Shown: positions 1-9,367, counted from the stretch's first letter. The stretch is 34,418 nucleotides of DNA from a virus (IMGVR_UViG_3300039208_000020:1-34418), one strand, 5' to 3'. Made by a program: numbers and translations. Notes: generated by a model not told the origin, from the sequence alone.

Positions 1-284
1 CCCGCCGTATTTAAGTAATCAACAGCAGTAGGTTCATCAATAGCACACAGAGCAGACGCACTGTCTGTTAATGAGTCAGCATGATCTAATGCTAATAGAG
101 CAGCTTCGGCTTTTTCAATTGAGATTTTTTCTGCGTCACTAAGTGTAGCAGCACCTTTATAAGCTTCGCCTAAGCTGATCTTTGAAATAGCAACACGCTC
201 ATAACAGTTAGGCTTTTCAAGCCCTAGGTGAGAACACCCTGCTAATGAGAGAATAGCTAGTCCTGTTAATATTAATTTTTTCAT
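1..284 (-). CDS. Lipoprotein, putative spanin (3' end runs off the window)
   Basis: Not in the ORF track. Manual translation from ATG 284 gives MKKLILTGLAILSLAGCSHLGLEKPNCYERVAISK..., open to the window edge. Signal peptide with lipobox LAGC; ATGA overlap with the holin stop; last visible gene of the lysis cassette. Confidence 0.8.
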   Translation of the reverse strand, partial: MKKLILTGLAILSLAGCSHLGLEKPNCYERVAISKISLGEAYKGAATLSDAEKISIEKAEAALLALDHADSLTDSASALCAIDEPTAVDYLNTA

Positions 285-475
285 GACTTTTTCTTCTCCT
301 CTTTATATTTGTCGTATGCAGACCAAACAGCCATAACAATAGCAACAGTAGCAGAAGCCACAGCCTCGATATCAGAGGCAGAGAAACCATTATTGATCAT
401 CCAAGTGAATGCTCCTGTTCCTCCAGCTGCAAAGATATGTCTTATTTGTCCAGCGATAATTCTTTTAATTACCAT
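281..475 (-). CDS. Small two-TM holin candidate (64 aa)
   Basis: ATG 475 has an AAGGAG RBS and overlaps the endolysin stop. IAGQIRHIFAAGG...AVASATVAIVMAVWSAYDK has two hydrophobic segments and a basic C-tail (KYKEEKKKS), typical of small phage holins. Confidence 0.7.
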   Translation of the reverse strand: MVIKRIIAGQIRHIFAAGGTGAFTWMINNGFSASDIEAVASATVAIVMAVWSAYDKYKEEKKKS

Positions 476-969
476 CCTAAACTCCTTAATAGTCTTTGCC
501 AAAAACTTGGCTTTACCGGCACCATCATTGGTGCTTTCGTCTTTATAATATAACCTTTTTCATCAAGATTTAAAAGCTTTTTGTAGTCATACACAGGACA
601 GGTCTTGTTTGGATTAACCTCACAATGTCCACGGAAGCGTATATATCCTTCATAAGCATCGTTAATCTCATGACATAGTTTCTTTACCTCAGCCAATTGA
701 GCATTAGTGAACTTATTAGGTGAGTTACCATGTGTACAAATGGCTATGGCATTTGAGTTATGACCTTCCTGTGCCGCTGATGGGCGTTCAAGATCACGCC
801 CTAATTGTCTTTGTCCTTTTGATGTAACAAAATAATGGTATCCTACACCCTTGAAATTTCTTAATAAATGCCATTCTGTGATGACAGATATATCATCATG
901 AGCTAAATGGTCAGATGCAGAGACGTGTAAGAACACCTCTTTAACATAACGCTTTGGTTTTTTAAACAT
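469..969 (-). CDS. Endolysin, N-acetylmuramoyl-L-alanine amidase (Amidase_2, T7-lysozyme-like)
   Basis: Motifs VFLHVSAS, WH..R.F..VGYHY, GR, GHNSNAIAIC and GH...NKTCP (Zn ligands His/His/Cys, catalytic Tyr). Confidence 0.93.
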   Translation of the reverse strand: MFKKPKRYVKEVFLHVSASDHLAHDDISVITEWHLLRNFKGVGYHYFVTSKGQRQLGRDLERPSAAQEGHNSNAIAICTHGNSPNKFTNAQLAEVKKLCHEINDAYEGYIRFRGHCEVNPNKTCPVYDYKKLLNLDEKGYIIKTKAPMMVPVKPSFWQRLLRSLGW

Positions 970-1587
970 TTACAACTCCTCATTTTTCTTAAACAACACT
1001 CTTAGTTGATTAACACAAGCCCTTTCTATATCTTTAGCGTGGGCATCGTTCTCCCCCTCTGTGTAATTTACACTTAGGTATAAATATGAATGTTCTCTTT
1101 CAGCAATCTCATAAATGTGGCTATACTTAACACCGTTAGCTTCGTAGTTATCCCTAAGTAGAGAACCTTTTTGTAGCTTTGCTACATTAACCATGCACTT
1201 CTTTTCCTCAGTAATAATCAACTGATTAAGAACTTTAATATAGTCCTCGTCTAGTGGTTGGTTCTGCCACAACTTTCTAACAGTTTCTAGTGGGGCATCA
1301 AATACCTCATATAATACAGAACTTTTTAGATGGGAACCGAGATTAGGTCGTCCACCACCATTCTCTGCCTTTAAAATCAATACACGGCTAGCTTCTGTTT
1401 CACCTTTTATAGTGTTAAGAATACTATAAACCTCATGAACAGCAGGTAAGGTTTTAGAGAACGCATGTTTTTTCTCATAGGCTTTTCTATCTAACCTATG
1501 CTTAAACCACATCGTTACGATTGAGGACATTAATGTTAATAGAATCCCTAATAAACCTATTGTAGCTACTGTTACTTCTGTTGTCAT
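970..1587 (-). CDS. Single-TM membrane protein with ~170-aa soluble domain; T4 gpT-like (GAF-type) holin candidate
   Basis: N-terminal TM helix VATIGLLGILLTLMSSIVTMWF, then ASRVLILKAENG...SVLYEV. Directly upstream of the endolysin. ATG 1587 overlaps the upstream TGA (ATGA). Confidence 0.5.
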   Translation of the reverse strand: MTTEVTVATIGLLGILLTLMSSIVTMWFKHRLDRKAYEKKHAFSKTLPAVHEVYSILNTIKGETEASRVLILKAENGGGRPNLGSHLKSSVLYEVFDAPLETVRKLWQNQPLDEDYIKVLNQLIITEEKKCMVNVAKLQKGSLLRDNYEANGVKYSHIYEIAEREHSYLYLSVNYTEGENDAHAKDIERACVNQLRVLFKKNEEL

Positions 1588-2123
1588 ACTGGCCATCCTG
1601 TTGATATGTTATAGTTTTCTAAAGCTTCGATATCATTAGCGTCCCGTAGATTAGTAACAGCAATATCATGGGCGTTTTCTGCATCAAAACAAGCCTGAAC
1701 GTGCTCTCTTACTACATTTGATATATGAATGATTGTAGGGGCATCCAATTGAATCCAACCGTTGTCTGCTTTCCAGTTGATGACATAAGCCTCTGAGTTA
1801 TCCAGAGCTTCTTTAGCAGCGATTCTAGCACCTATAATTAAAGATTGAGACTGACGATCAGTAGATACTTGAACCCCATTGATCGTAATACCACCTGTTT
1901 CTTTTTCCTGTCTAACACGTTTGATATCATCAAGGATTCTTTGATAGATATCTTCTATAGTAATGGGTGGAATAGGATTAGTGAAACTTCCTGTGGAACT
2001 ATTATATTCCCAGAACTCTTCCACATCATCGCCACAATCAACCCAAGTCATTGTGTTAGGAACTTCAAATTCTTCATCAGAAATTTGAACCAGTTTACCC
2101 TTATATATTAAAGCTTTTTTCAT
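1584..2123 (-). CDS. Tail fibre assembly/chaperone protein (DUF4376-like)
   Basis: R..KETGGITING..VSTDRQSQ...WKADNGW..LDA...VREHVQACFDAE signature; directly downstream of the tail fibre. Confidence 0.8.
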   Translation of the reverse strand: MKKALIYKGKLVQISDEEFEVPNTMTWVDCGDDVEEFWEYNSSTGSFTNPIPPITIEDIYQRILDDIKRVRQEKETGGITINGVQVSTDRQSQSLIIGARIAAKEALDNSEAYVINWKADNGWIQLDAPTIIHISNVVREHVQACFDAENAHDIAVTNLRDANDIEALENYNISTGWPV

Positions 2124-2128
2124 TTCTA

Positions 2129-3532
2129 CTATCCCATATATTCAACTATACAAACACCTTGCTCACCATGTCCACCACGGATTGGTCCTGTAAATGTTTT
2201 ACCTGTTCCTCTAGCACCGATTGTTACTGTTACACTAGTTATAGATGTTACATCAACGTGGGCTATAGCCATACCTCCAGAAGCACCCCCTGCTCCTGCA
2301 TTAGTGTAGTATAAACCCCCACCACCGCCTGCTCCGTAGGAGTTAGCGTCTTCCCCCGCCGCTTGGCTGTTTGCGTTAGGTGCAAAGTAACCTCTACCAC
2401 CACCACCTCCGAGTGGAGAAGGAGCACCCATACCTGCACCCATACCAGTTATTTGAGAAGAGCTAGACCCTTGTTCACGGTGACCTATACCACTAGGAGA
2501 ACCTTCTAGTAGAATATCCCCCGCAGTACCTACACCCGGTGCAGATTCATAATCCCACTCTCTCCCCCCATAACCGCCACTAGCTGCAGCGTGGGTTCCA
2601 AACGAGGTAGTCCCACCGTTTCCTCCGTATAGAGTCGACGATGGATAAACTCCACCTCCACCACCGCCTCCTACAACGGTAACACGAATGTGATTAACAC
2701 CAGTTGGTTTTGTCCATGTTCCTGATTCAGTAATAACTTCCATACCATAGACATTACCTCCAGCACCCCATTCAGGAGCGTTACCTGCCCCCTTAGTGAT
2801 AAGAACTTCACCATCTGTTCCGGGTGCTAGTACCTGTGGGTTTCCTGATGAATCCCAATACAGAATACTACCTGCTGTTTGTCCTGCTAGTTTCGCCAGA
2901 GTAATAGCATCATCAAGAATCTTAGCACCGTTTACGGCTCCGTCAGAAAGCTGTGTTGTTGTAATACTGTTTAAGAAAGCCAAACCACCTAATAGGTCAG
3001 CAGTTGGTACTTGACCACTTGATGTTCCTATGGCTTTTGTAGCAACTTCTTGAATACCCATTGATAACCGAGCTGCAGCTTTAAGTGTACTAGTAGGTGT
3101 AAATAATTGAAAGTTATTGTAAATCTCATACCATGTTGAGGTAGCGTTGTCATATCTAAATGCTACAATTTGTTTAGGGTCTTCTAAATCTAAGTCAGCA
3201 CCCTGTAACATACTTAATTTACCTGAACCAGATGATTCATGTTTCAATGTAATAACACGAGCATCACTAGTTGATTGAACAAAAATGATTTTCTCACCAA
3301 GACCTGTTGCTACGATGTTATCTAAATCATCAGCAGGAGCAGTGTTTTCCGTATCTAACTTAAGAAAACCTTTAGCAGGGGTAACTTGACCTAATACAAT
3401 ACCCAAAGCCTCTGGTGCTTGAACATGAGGAATCTCTGATATAAGGTTATATAAGTCTAACAAAGCCGCTTGAAACTGGGCTTCTGTTGTTGATCCACCT
3501 ACAAGATGATCTGAATTTGGTAAATTTGTCAT
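2129..3532 (-). CDS. Tail fibre protein with C-terminal glycine-rich domain
   Basis: Fibre-type repeats (DGAVNGAKILDDAITLAKLA; G..GEVL..KG). C-terminal SGTWTKPTGV..IRVTVVGGGGGGG...G..G.CIVEY glycine-rich domain. Follows J. Confidence 0.85.
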   Translation of the reverse strand: MTNLPNSDHLVGGSTTEAQFQAALLDLYNLISEIPHVQAPEALGIVLGQVTPAKGFLKLDTENTAPADDLDNIVATGLGEKIIFVQSTSDARVITLKHESSGSGKLSMLQGADLDLEDPKQIVAFRYDNATSTWYEIYNNFQLFTPTSTLKAAARLSMGIQEVATKAIGTSSGQVPTADLLGGLAFLNSITTTQLSDGAVNGAKILDDAITLAKLAGQTAGSILYWDSSGNPQVLAPGTDGEVLITKGAGNAPEWGAGGNVYGMEVITESGTWTKPTGVNHIRVTVVGGGGGGGVYPSSTLYGGNGGTTSFGTHAAASGGYGGREWDYESAPGVGTAGDILLEGSPSGIGHREQGSSSSQITGMGAGMGAPSPLGGGGGRGYFAPNANSQAAGEDANSYGAGGGGGLYYTNAGAGGASGGMAIAHVDVTSITSVTVTIGARGTGKTFTGPIRGGHGEQGVCIVEYMG

Positions 3533-6500
3533 TTAATATCCTTTTATAATCACGTCAACAAGACCACTTGTGACTGCTCCTGAACTATCAAGAAGTTCGA
3601 TCTCAGGTCCGGTTGGTGTCTTAGATACTAATCTGTAAGACACAGCAGTTGATGAACCATCATTCTGAATGATAACAGAAACTGTCTTAATGGTCGAGAA
3701 AGTTTTTGTTGGGGCTAAAGCCGTTGTACTTGCTGGAATAACAATATCAGAAAGGGTTTCCTCGATATCCTCCACGTCAATAATAGCTGACATTTCTCTA
3801 ATAATACCTCGAATTGGGCCACCGAATACCTTCGCACGTAGAGTATAATCACCAGCAGGTAGTTCTTGACCAGCAGATACCTGCTCCCAAGGGTTATTAC
3901 CAGTTTCTTTTATATGAATTTCATACCCATTATGGTCAGCATCTATATCAATTGTTAACGTACCCTCTTCTGTAGATACGAAAGTTGGGTAATATGTCAT
4001 ACTATTAAATGATGACTCATAAAAGTCACCCCCATCGTACATAGGACCAGATGGATTATCAGAATACATTTGTCCACCTGTATCGTCTGCTCTTAGTTCA
4101 TCAGACTGAACAGTACAATTTTCCTTTGTACCACTGAAAGCAGTGTGAAAATCGAATTCCTCAACAACGTTACGTAAAGTTACATCTCCTGCACTACGAT
4201 AAATGACAGCAGCATTCGTTGATTCATTACCGAAATCATCTACAGCCTTAACCATAATAACAGCGGCAGTTGGTGGAATTAGGTTTGTATAGAACGATGT
4301 ATTAGACACCAATCCTTCATGAGGTCTTGCGGCATCATCCCAAGTTGTTCGACCAGCTTGGTTGTGGTATCGTACCCTGAATCCTGCAAAGTCGGATGGG
4401 GCATTCTCATACCCCCAATAAACTTCACGATCATTAATCTTAATCCACTCCACATCAGCAGGAGGATCAGCAGGATTTGTTACTTCGAAAACATAATTGG
4501 GAGAAGCTTCTAATCGAGAAGTAATACCTAAATAAGATTTACCTAATATTCTAAAGTCATAAGTCCCAGCAGGATGGTCAATTAAAGTATCACCAAACTT
4601 TAAGTCCCTCTTCACGAAAGCGTCACTTGTACCACTTTCTCTTGACCATACTTCGAATGAGTGGTCATTTGCATAATATTTATAGGTGTCACGAGGGAAC
4701 GTAGGAGACACAACGATTTGATATTGTTTTAAGTCTTTTATATATCTTTCTTCAAACCCAACAGCAGTTGGTCCGGGCGGATCAAATGGGTCTGGCAATA
4801 CAGAGTAATCCACTGTACCACTATTAGTTACATTATCAGCATCATCCCATTTGTTTCTGTTGATATTGATACAACTAATCTGGTATCTATCAGGTTGACC
4901 ATCTTGTTCTGTAACTGATAATACTCTGAAAGGTCTAGGCAATCCTACAGTTGTAGAATTCTGTAATGAGAATATTGTCTTATCTGGTATATCAGCAGGT
5001 ACTAATGCACCAGCAAGTTCTAATTCATATACAAGCCCACTAGGATGTCCTGATGCTAAGTCGACTGACAGTATAGAACCATCATTCAATGTAAGCTGTA
5101 GCTTGTACTCCACTCCTGCCTCAATGTAAACAGCATCACGTAGTTCAACGCTTAACCCGTCTTGGGCTACAGATTTAACACGACCACTAATACTGTAACC
5201 CATATCTTCATCAGCAATCAGAATAGTATCGAAAACGTTCACGAACTGCCCCAGACGGTTCGTAGTGAAGTTCAACATACATGTTTCTGTATTTGACGTA
5301 AGTAATTTATGTTGAGCACGACGAATAGCTTCGTGTTCGTCAGTACACCCAACGGCAACAAAGTCTAACGGGATTCTACCGTTCTTATCTATAAGGTCTT
5401 GGTCATATACTCTACGTCTATCAACAGCCCAGTTCAGGTCAGGGTTATTGAATGTTACAGTAATATCATTATATCTGGTTGATATATCTACATAACTATA
5501 TTCAAAACCTTCGTCCAGCACGTTCTCGATACCAAACAAGTGAGTAGCTTGATCGTCCTTATCAACACGAAGATATGCTTTACCATTTAGATCATCGAAG
5601 AATGTAGAGTTAAACACACCAGCAATATATTTAGCGAGTTCTCTACCAGAGCGAGGTTCAGTAATATACGCATTGAAAGTATATCTAGGCTGTGTACCAC
5701 CTTTTCCATCTGGGACCATTTCGTCACACCATTGTGCCGCCTCGTACACATCGTACTTATCAAGATTAATGTCAGCATAGTAAGACCTCATACCGTATGT
5801 ATCGTTCATAACGTAGTCATAAAGAATCCAAGCTGGATTATTAGTCCAAGCTACCTTAAACGATCCGTCCCAAATACCAGAATAGATTCTAGTTGTTGTG
5901 TCATAATTTGTAGGTACTTTTATTAGAAGTCCATCATACACACCCTTAAACGCTGGAATGCTAGAGAACTGGTCACTAGCTTCACCAACCAAGTGAATTG
6001 CAGCAGTGTAGTCATATGCTGATTGTGTGGCAACAACCTGTTGATAAGATTCCCAGTTTACATCAGCAAAATAAGATGTTGTGTTTTCAGAGCTTAGTTT
6101 GGTGACCCTGATCTCGTAAGGTTCATCTATTCTCTCGACTTCTTGTCTAATTTCTTTTACATATGTGCTAGAAGTTTTACCCGATATGGTGATGTCTTCA
6201 CCATAAACCTTTGTCCATTCTGTATCAGACAATGGTTTGTATTCAATTCTAAAAGTTAGGGAAGCGTTGAAAGTCCCACTGTTATTACTTTTTAACAAAC
6301 GAGCAATAGCTAGTCGTACTTCAAAGAAGTCAATTTGACCTGTTGTTGTTTGTCTAACAACTGGAACATCTTGTGCTAGAGTCAGATTAACACTGTGGTT
6401 ACTTGTAGTACCCCCCAATGTTGTTACAATCGGGTCAGCATCATCTGTTCCGGGGAAGAAGTTCAGTTTAAATGTTCTAAAGTTATATTCGTTATTTTGG

Positions 6501-6691
6501 TTTTGTAGTTGTGTGTCACCAATGAAAAAGCTCTTAGCACCATCAACGAGTCCTTGAATAGGACCCTCTGAAATACCAAGAACTATCTCTAATGTATCTT
6601 TACTTCTAAGGTTGTCAGGAGTAACTGTAGGAGGTGGAGGAGAACCCCCACCACCTTTTGATCCTGATAATAAGTTAATCTTTTCTTTCAT
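3533..6691 (-). CDS. Tail tip / central tail fibre protein J (TipJ)
   Basis: N-terminal GSKGGGG..P....DNL.S, ISEGPIQGLV, Y.GIWDGSFK.AWTNNPAWILYD, QPRYTFNAYI, GCT...EA.R and FN3-like C-terminal domains. Second Met (6691) preferred as start. Confidence 0.93.
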   Translation of the reverse strand: MKEKINLLSGSKGGGGSPPPPTVTPDNLRSKDTLEIVLGISEGPIQGLVDGAKSFFIGDTQLQNQNNEYNFRTFKLNFFPGTDDADPIVTTLGGTTSNHSVNLTLAQDVPVVRQTTTGQIDFFEVRLAIARLLKSNNSGTFNASLTFRIEYKPLSDTEWTKVYGEDITISGKTSSTYVKEIRQEVERIDEPYEIRVTKLSSENTTSYFADVNWESYQQVVATQSAYDYTAAIHLVGEASDQFSSIPAFKGVYDGLLIKVPTNYDTTTRIYSGIWDGSFKVAWTNNPAWILYDYVMNDTYGMRSYYADINLDKYDVYEAAQWCDEMVPDGKGGTQPRYTFNAYITEPRSGRELAKYIAGVFNSTFFDDLNGKAYLRVDKDDQATHLFGIENVLDEGFEYSYVDISTRYNDITVTFNNPDLNWAVDRRRVYDQDLIDKNGRIPLDFVAVGCTDEHEAIRRAQHKLLTSNTETCMLNFTTNRLGQFVNVFDTILIADEDMGYSISGRVKSVAQDGLSVELRDAVYIEAGVEYKLQLTLNDGSILSVDLASGHPSGLVYELELAGALVPADIPDKTIFSLQNSTTVGLPRPFRVLSVTEQDGQPDRYQISCININRNKWDDADNVTNSGTVDYSVLPDPFDPPGPTAVGFEERYIKDLKQYQIVVSPTFPRDTYKYYANDHSFEVWSRESGTSDAFVKRDLKFGDTLIDHPAGTYDFRILGKSYLGITSRLEASPNYVFEVTNPADPPADVEWIKINDREVYWGYENAPSDFAGFRVRYHNQAGRTTWDDAARPHEGLVSNTSFYTNLIPPTAAVIMVKAVDDFGNESTNAAVIYRSAGDVTLRNVVEEFDFHTAFSGTKENCTVQSDELRADDTGGQMYSDNPSGPMYDGGDFYESSFNSMTYYPTFVSTEEGTLTIDIDADHNGYEIHIKETGNNPWEQVSAGQELPAGDYTLRAKVFGGPIRGIIREMSAIIDVEDIEETLSDIVIPASTTALAPTKTFSTIKTVSVIIQNDGSSTAVSYRLVSKTPTGPEIELLDSSGAVTSGLVDVIIKGY

Positions 6692-7919
6692 ACCACTTTC
6701 CACCGATAACCACATGGTCGTTTGTTGTATCTATGTACTCAAACTGACTACGTTTCATTTCAGTGTCTACATGAACGATTAGAAAACCTGTTGACCAAGC
6801 TTCACCATTACAGTATGAAGCCTCACGTTTATGACCTGCACCTAGTTGATGCCACTCGTAACTCCCATGTATAGCACTGTAGTCTGAGTATACCAAATGT
6901 TTATGGTGATGTCCATTCCAACCCGGCAGACCTAGGGTTCTTCCTTGAGGGAAATGGTGAGCCAATAAACACTCATGAATGATCTTCCAGTTACGTCGTA
7001 TCTGAGCCTTCATATCGGACTGTGTGAATACCGCTAAGTCAGCAGGAGCCACATAGTTTACTTCAAAAGCATCCAATCCTAAAAGCTTAGGAACAGTGAA
7101 ACCGTGTAGGTCTGATAAAACAGCTTTCATAGCAGGTGTAGCTTCTGCTAGGTGACGCAATAGACGGTATTCATGATTACCCTCAATGAAGATCATCTCT
7201 GCATCAGGGCATATCTCTCTCATATCACCTAGGAATTTATGAACCCACTGAATACGACCAACAACGTCCCATTCCCTAGGGTCTACGCCATAAGAACCAA
7301 ATTCAGGTAGATCAAAGATATCACCGTTTAATACAATAGTTTCAGGCTGAACTCTAGCTAGAGTTTCTAACCATAAGAATCTCCAATATGGATCACACTC
7401 AATATCATGTACGTCAGAACAAACCATAACTGTCTGGTATCTTTCGCCCGTCTGTTTCTTATATGATTCACCCCAGTCCATCTTCTGGTCGTTCATCGCT
7501 CTGTAATTATCAATAGAGGCATGACGAGCAATATCGAGTTCCATCTTTCTGGCGTGACGAGTCAATTTAATACCAGCTTGTTTTTTAAATTCTTCAAATG
7601 TCCCGAAGTGTTTATTCCATGCTGACTCAGCTAGTGGAGAATTTACTCGGAAAAAGTTACGTGTAATAACCTTATCTGGGTTTGCCTCAGCAAACTTACG
7701 TAAAATCTTTACACACTGTTCCATACTGGCTTCTGATATTTTCTCAACATCCTCTGATAAAGGGACATCTTCATCAGGTTGTTTGAGCCAATAGCTAATA
7801 TTCTGTCTCTTGACTTCGAAGCCGAATTCCTTAGAGAGAATCTTCGCTGTCTCTGTTTGATTCTCTAACTCTTGGAATACTTCTTTCATTCTCTGTTTCT
7901 GTTGATCTGTAAATTTCAT
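6675..7919 (-). CDS. Calcineurin-like metallophosphoesterase with N-terminal HTH-like domains
   Basis: Metal motifs SDVHD, NGDIFD, EGNHE, AHH, NGHHH. N-terminal HTH-like segment (TAKILSKEFGFEVKRQNISYWLK) and a helical repeat ending HFGTFEEFKKQAG. AGGAG RBS. Confidence 0.85.
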   Translation of the reverse strand: MKFTDQQKQRMKEVFQELENQTETAKILSKEFGFEVKRQNISYWLKQPDEDVPLSEDVEKISEASMEQCVKILRKFAEANPDKVITRNFFRVNSPLAESAWNKHFGTFEEFKKQAGIKLTRHARKMELDIARHASIDNYRAMNDQKMDWGESYKKQTGERYQTVMVCSDVHDIECDPYWRFLWLETLARVQPETIVLNGDIFDLPEFGSYGVDPREWDVVGRIQWVHKFLGDMREICPDAEMIFIEGNHEYRLLRHLAEATPAMKAVLSDLHGFTVPKLLGLDAFEVNYVAPADLAVFTQSDMKAQIRRNWKIIHECLLAHHFPQGRTLGLPGWNGHHHKHLVYSDYSAIHGSYEWHQLGAGHKREASYCNGEAWSTGFLIVHVDTEMKRSQFEYIDTTNDHVVIGGKWYERKD

Positions 7920-7934
7920 ATTTTGCTCCTATTT

Positions 7935-8537
7935 TTAACTTACGGAAACATCTTTAGAGTCGATGTTAAAACTTAAATAATGACCATGTGCTATATGACG
8001 ACCATACAACAATGGAATCCTCGTACCGATCTTCACAGTGTTCTGATCTGATGCTAAGTATTTGGACGCTTCGGGGTCTTGGGTACTAGGTAAGCTGTCT
8101 ATCTGTGGGGCTGGGCTTAATAATTCTAACAACCCACCTAGCACCAAACTAACACCTAAACTGAACATGGCACTACCAATAGTGGTTGAGCCGAATAAAG
8201 TTGTAGCTGCTAATGAAGTCCCCGCTGTTAAGAACGCTGCAGCAATTAATACCGCACCGATAACAATCTTGAAAAACCCTCCTGATTTACCTCCACGTAA
8301 ATCTGGGGTTAAATGTAATTCTTTAGTACCCTCTGGGAAAGGACTGAATAAACTCTCTTTAGTCTCAAAACCTAAGACTCTAATCTGATGGTTCTCCTCG
8401 TCAGGTTTCACATCAAACGCCTTTGTCTGTTTACAAAAACCATTGATTACCTCAGCAGGATCATTACCTTCAATGTAAATTTCTTCTGAGTATAAGTCTT
8501 TCAAATACCCATGTAACACAACCTTTACCCTAGTCAT
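7935..8537 (-). CDS. Tail assembly protein I (lambda gpI-like, N-terminal ubiquitin-like domain)
   Basis: V.LHG.L N-terminus, ELHLTP..RGGK.GGFFKIVIGAVLI hydrophobic segment, NT...GTRIPLLYGR C-terminal motif. Confidence 0.88.
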   Translation of the reverse strand: MTRVKVVLHGYLKDLYSEEIYIEGNDPAEVINGFCKQTKAFDVKPDEENHQIRVLGFETKESLFSPFPEGTKELHLTPDLRGGKSGGFFKIVIGAVLIAAAFLTAGTSLAATTLFGSTTIGSAMFSLGVSLVLGGLLELLSPAPQIDSLPSTQDPEASKYLASDQNTVKIGTRIPLLYGRHIAHGHYLSFNIDSKDVSVS

Positions 8538-8856
8538 CGTGTACCTCCACCACAGCCTTTAGATCATCATTATATTGATACCCAGATACGCCATTCTTTC
8601 CTACTATGTAATGAACCATATTAGGCCAATTCTTTATACCAACATAATCTTCTGATGATAGGTTAGAACTTTGATTAGGGTGGGTATGCCAAAAAGCATC
8701 CGCTTGTTCAGCGTATTTTATAATGTCAGAAGCAGATACCATAAAGCCATCATCGGGAGTTTCACATATATTGTTCACCTCAATGATCTTATTTCCTATA
8801 ACGAATCCTATTCTTTCTGGGCCCGTATCGCTGTAAAACTTACTCAGTACCTGCAT
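8530..8856 (-). CDS. Stand-alone JAB/MPN metalloprotease (gpK N-terminal-like)
   Basis: ERIGFV...N...FWHTHP...NLSSED matches the JAMM motif E...HxH-x7-S-x2-D. Confidence 0.88.
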   Translation of the reverse strand: MQVLSKFYSDTGPERIGFVIGNKIIEVNNICETPDDGFMVSASDIIKYAEQADAFWHTHPNQSSNLSSEDYVGIKNWPNMVHYIVGKNGVSGYQYNDDLKAVVEVHDD

Positions 8857-9367
8857 CGTGTTCTTTCATTGCTTGTTCTAATAACGCTCTTTTACTCGGT
8901 AGTATATGATCCATTATGTTCACTTTTTGAACAACTACCTTATCTAAATTTACATCCTTATGACGTATGATGTGTGTGGTAAAATTTCTCAACATGCCAG
9001 TGTATTTCTTTATCTCGCTGAGTTTACCTAACCTATGATGGATTACTTCCCCCTCTCCTAAATAGACCGCACAATGATTAGCAGGAGTTTCTCCCTCGCT
9101 ACGTGGGTCTGGTAAGGCTATAAGAAATACATCATAAGGTCTTAACTTGTCAAGTGAAATGTCATCTAATAACTGAAATCCCTCATTCTTAAAGTTGTTC
9201 ACATATAGGTTTTTATCAGTCAACCACCAGTCATTCGGTCTGGCGTAATCATTTAACTTTATACCCAAACAATCCATATATACGTTCTGCAACATAGAAT
9301 AACAATCTTGTACTCCATGTTCAAATTCAAGACCCAGTAGATGGTCAACCTTTGGTTTTTTAATCAT
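8840..9367 (-). CDS. NlpC/P60 peptidase (gpK C-terminal-like)
   Basis: F.HG.QDCYS (catalytic Cys), DY.R..DWW, NHCAVYLG.G.VIHH. Confidence 0.88.
   Translation of the reverse strand: MIKKPKVDHLLGLEFEHGVQDCYSMLQNVYMDCLGIKLNDYARPNDWWLTDKNLYVNNFKNEGFQLLDDISLDKLRPYDVFLIALPDPRSEGETPANHCAVYLGEGEVIHHRLGKLSEIKKYTGMLRNFTTHIIRHKDVNLDKVVVQKVNIMDHILPSKRALLEQAMKEHDAGTE

Noticed and set aside
476-502. Upstream start for the holin given in the ORF track (also longer starts at 1596, 6715, 16010, 19505, 20165, 30162, 32563)
   Set aside because: Downstream ATGs generally have better RBS spacing or stop/start coupling; the 6691 choice for J is the least certain.
2129-3532. Tail fibre as a diversity-generating retroelement or invertible-segment target
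   Set aside because: No reverse transcriptase, invertase, template repeat or duplicate fibre end seen in the window.
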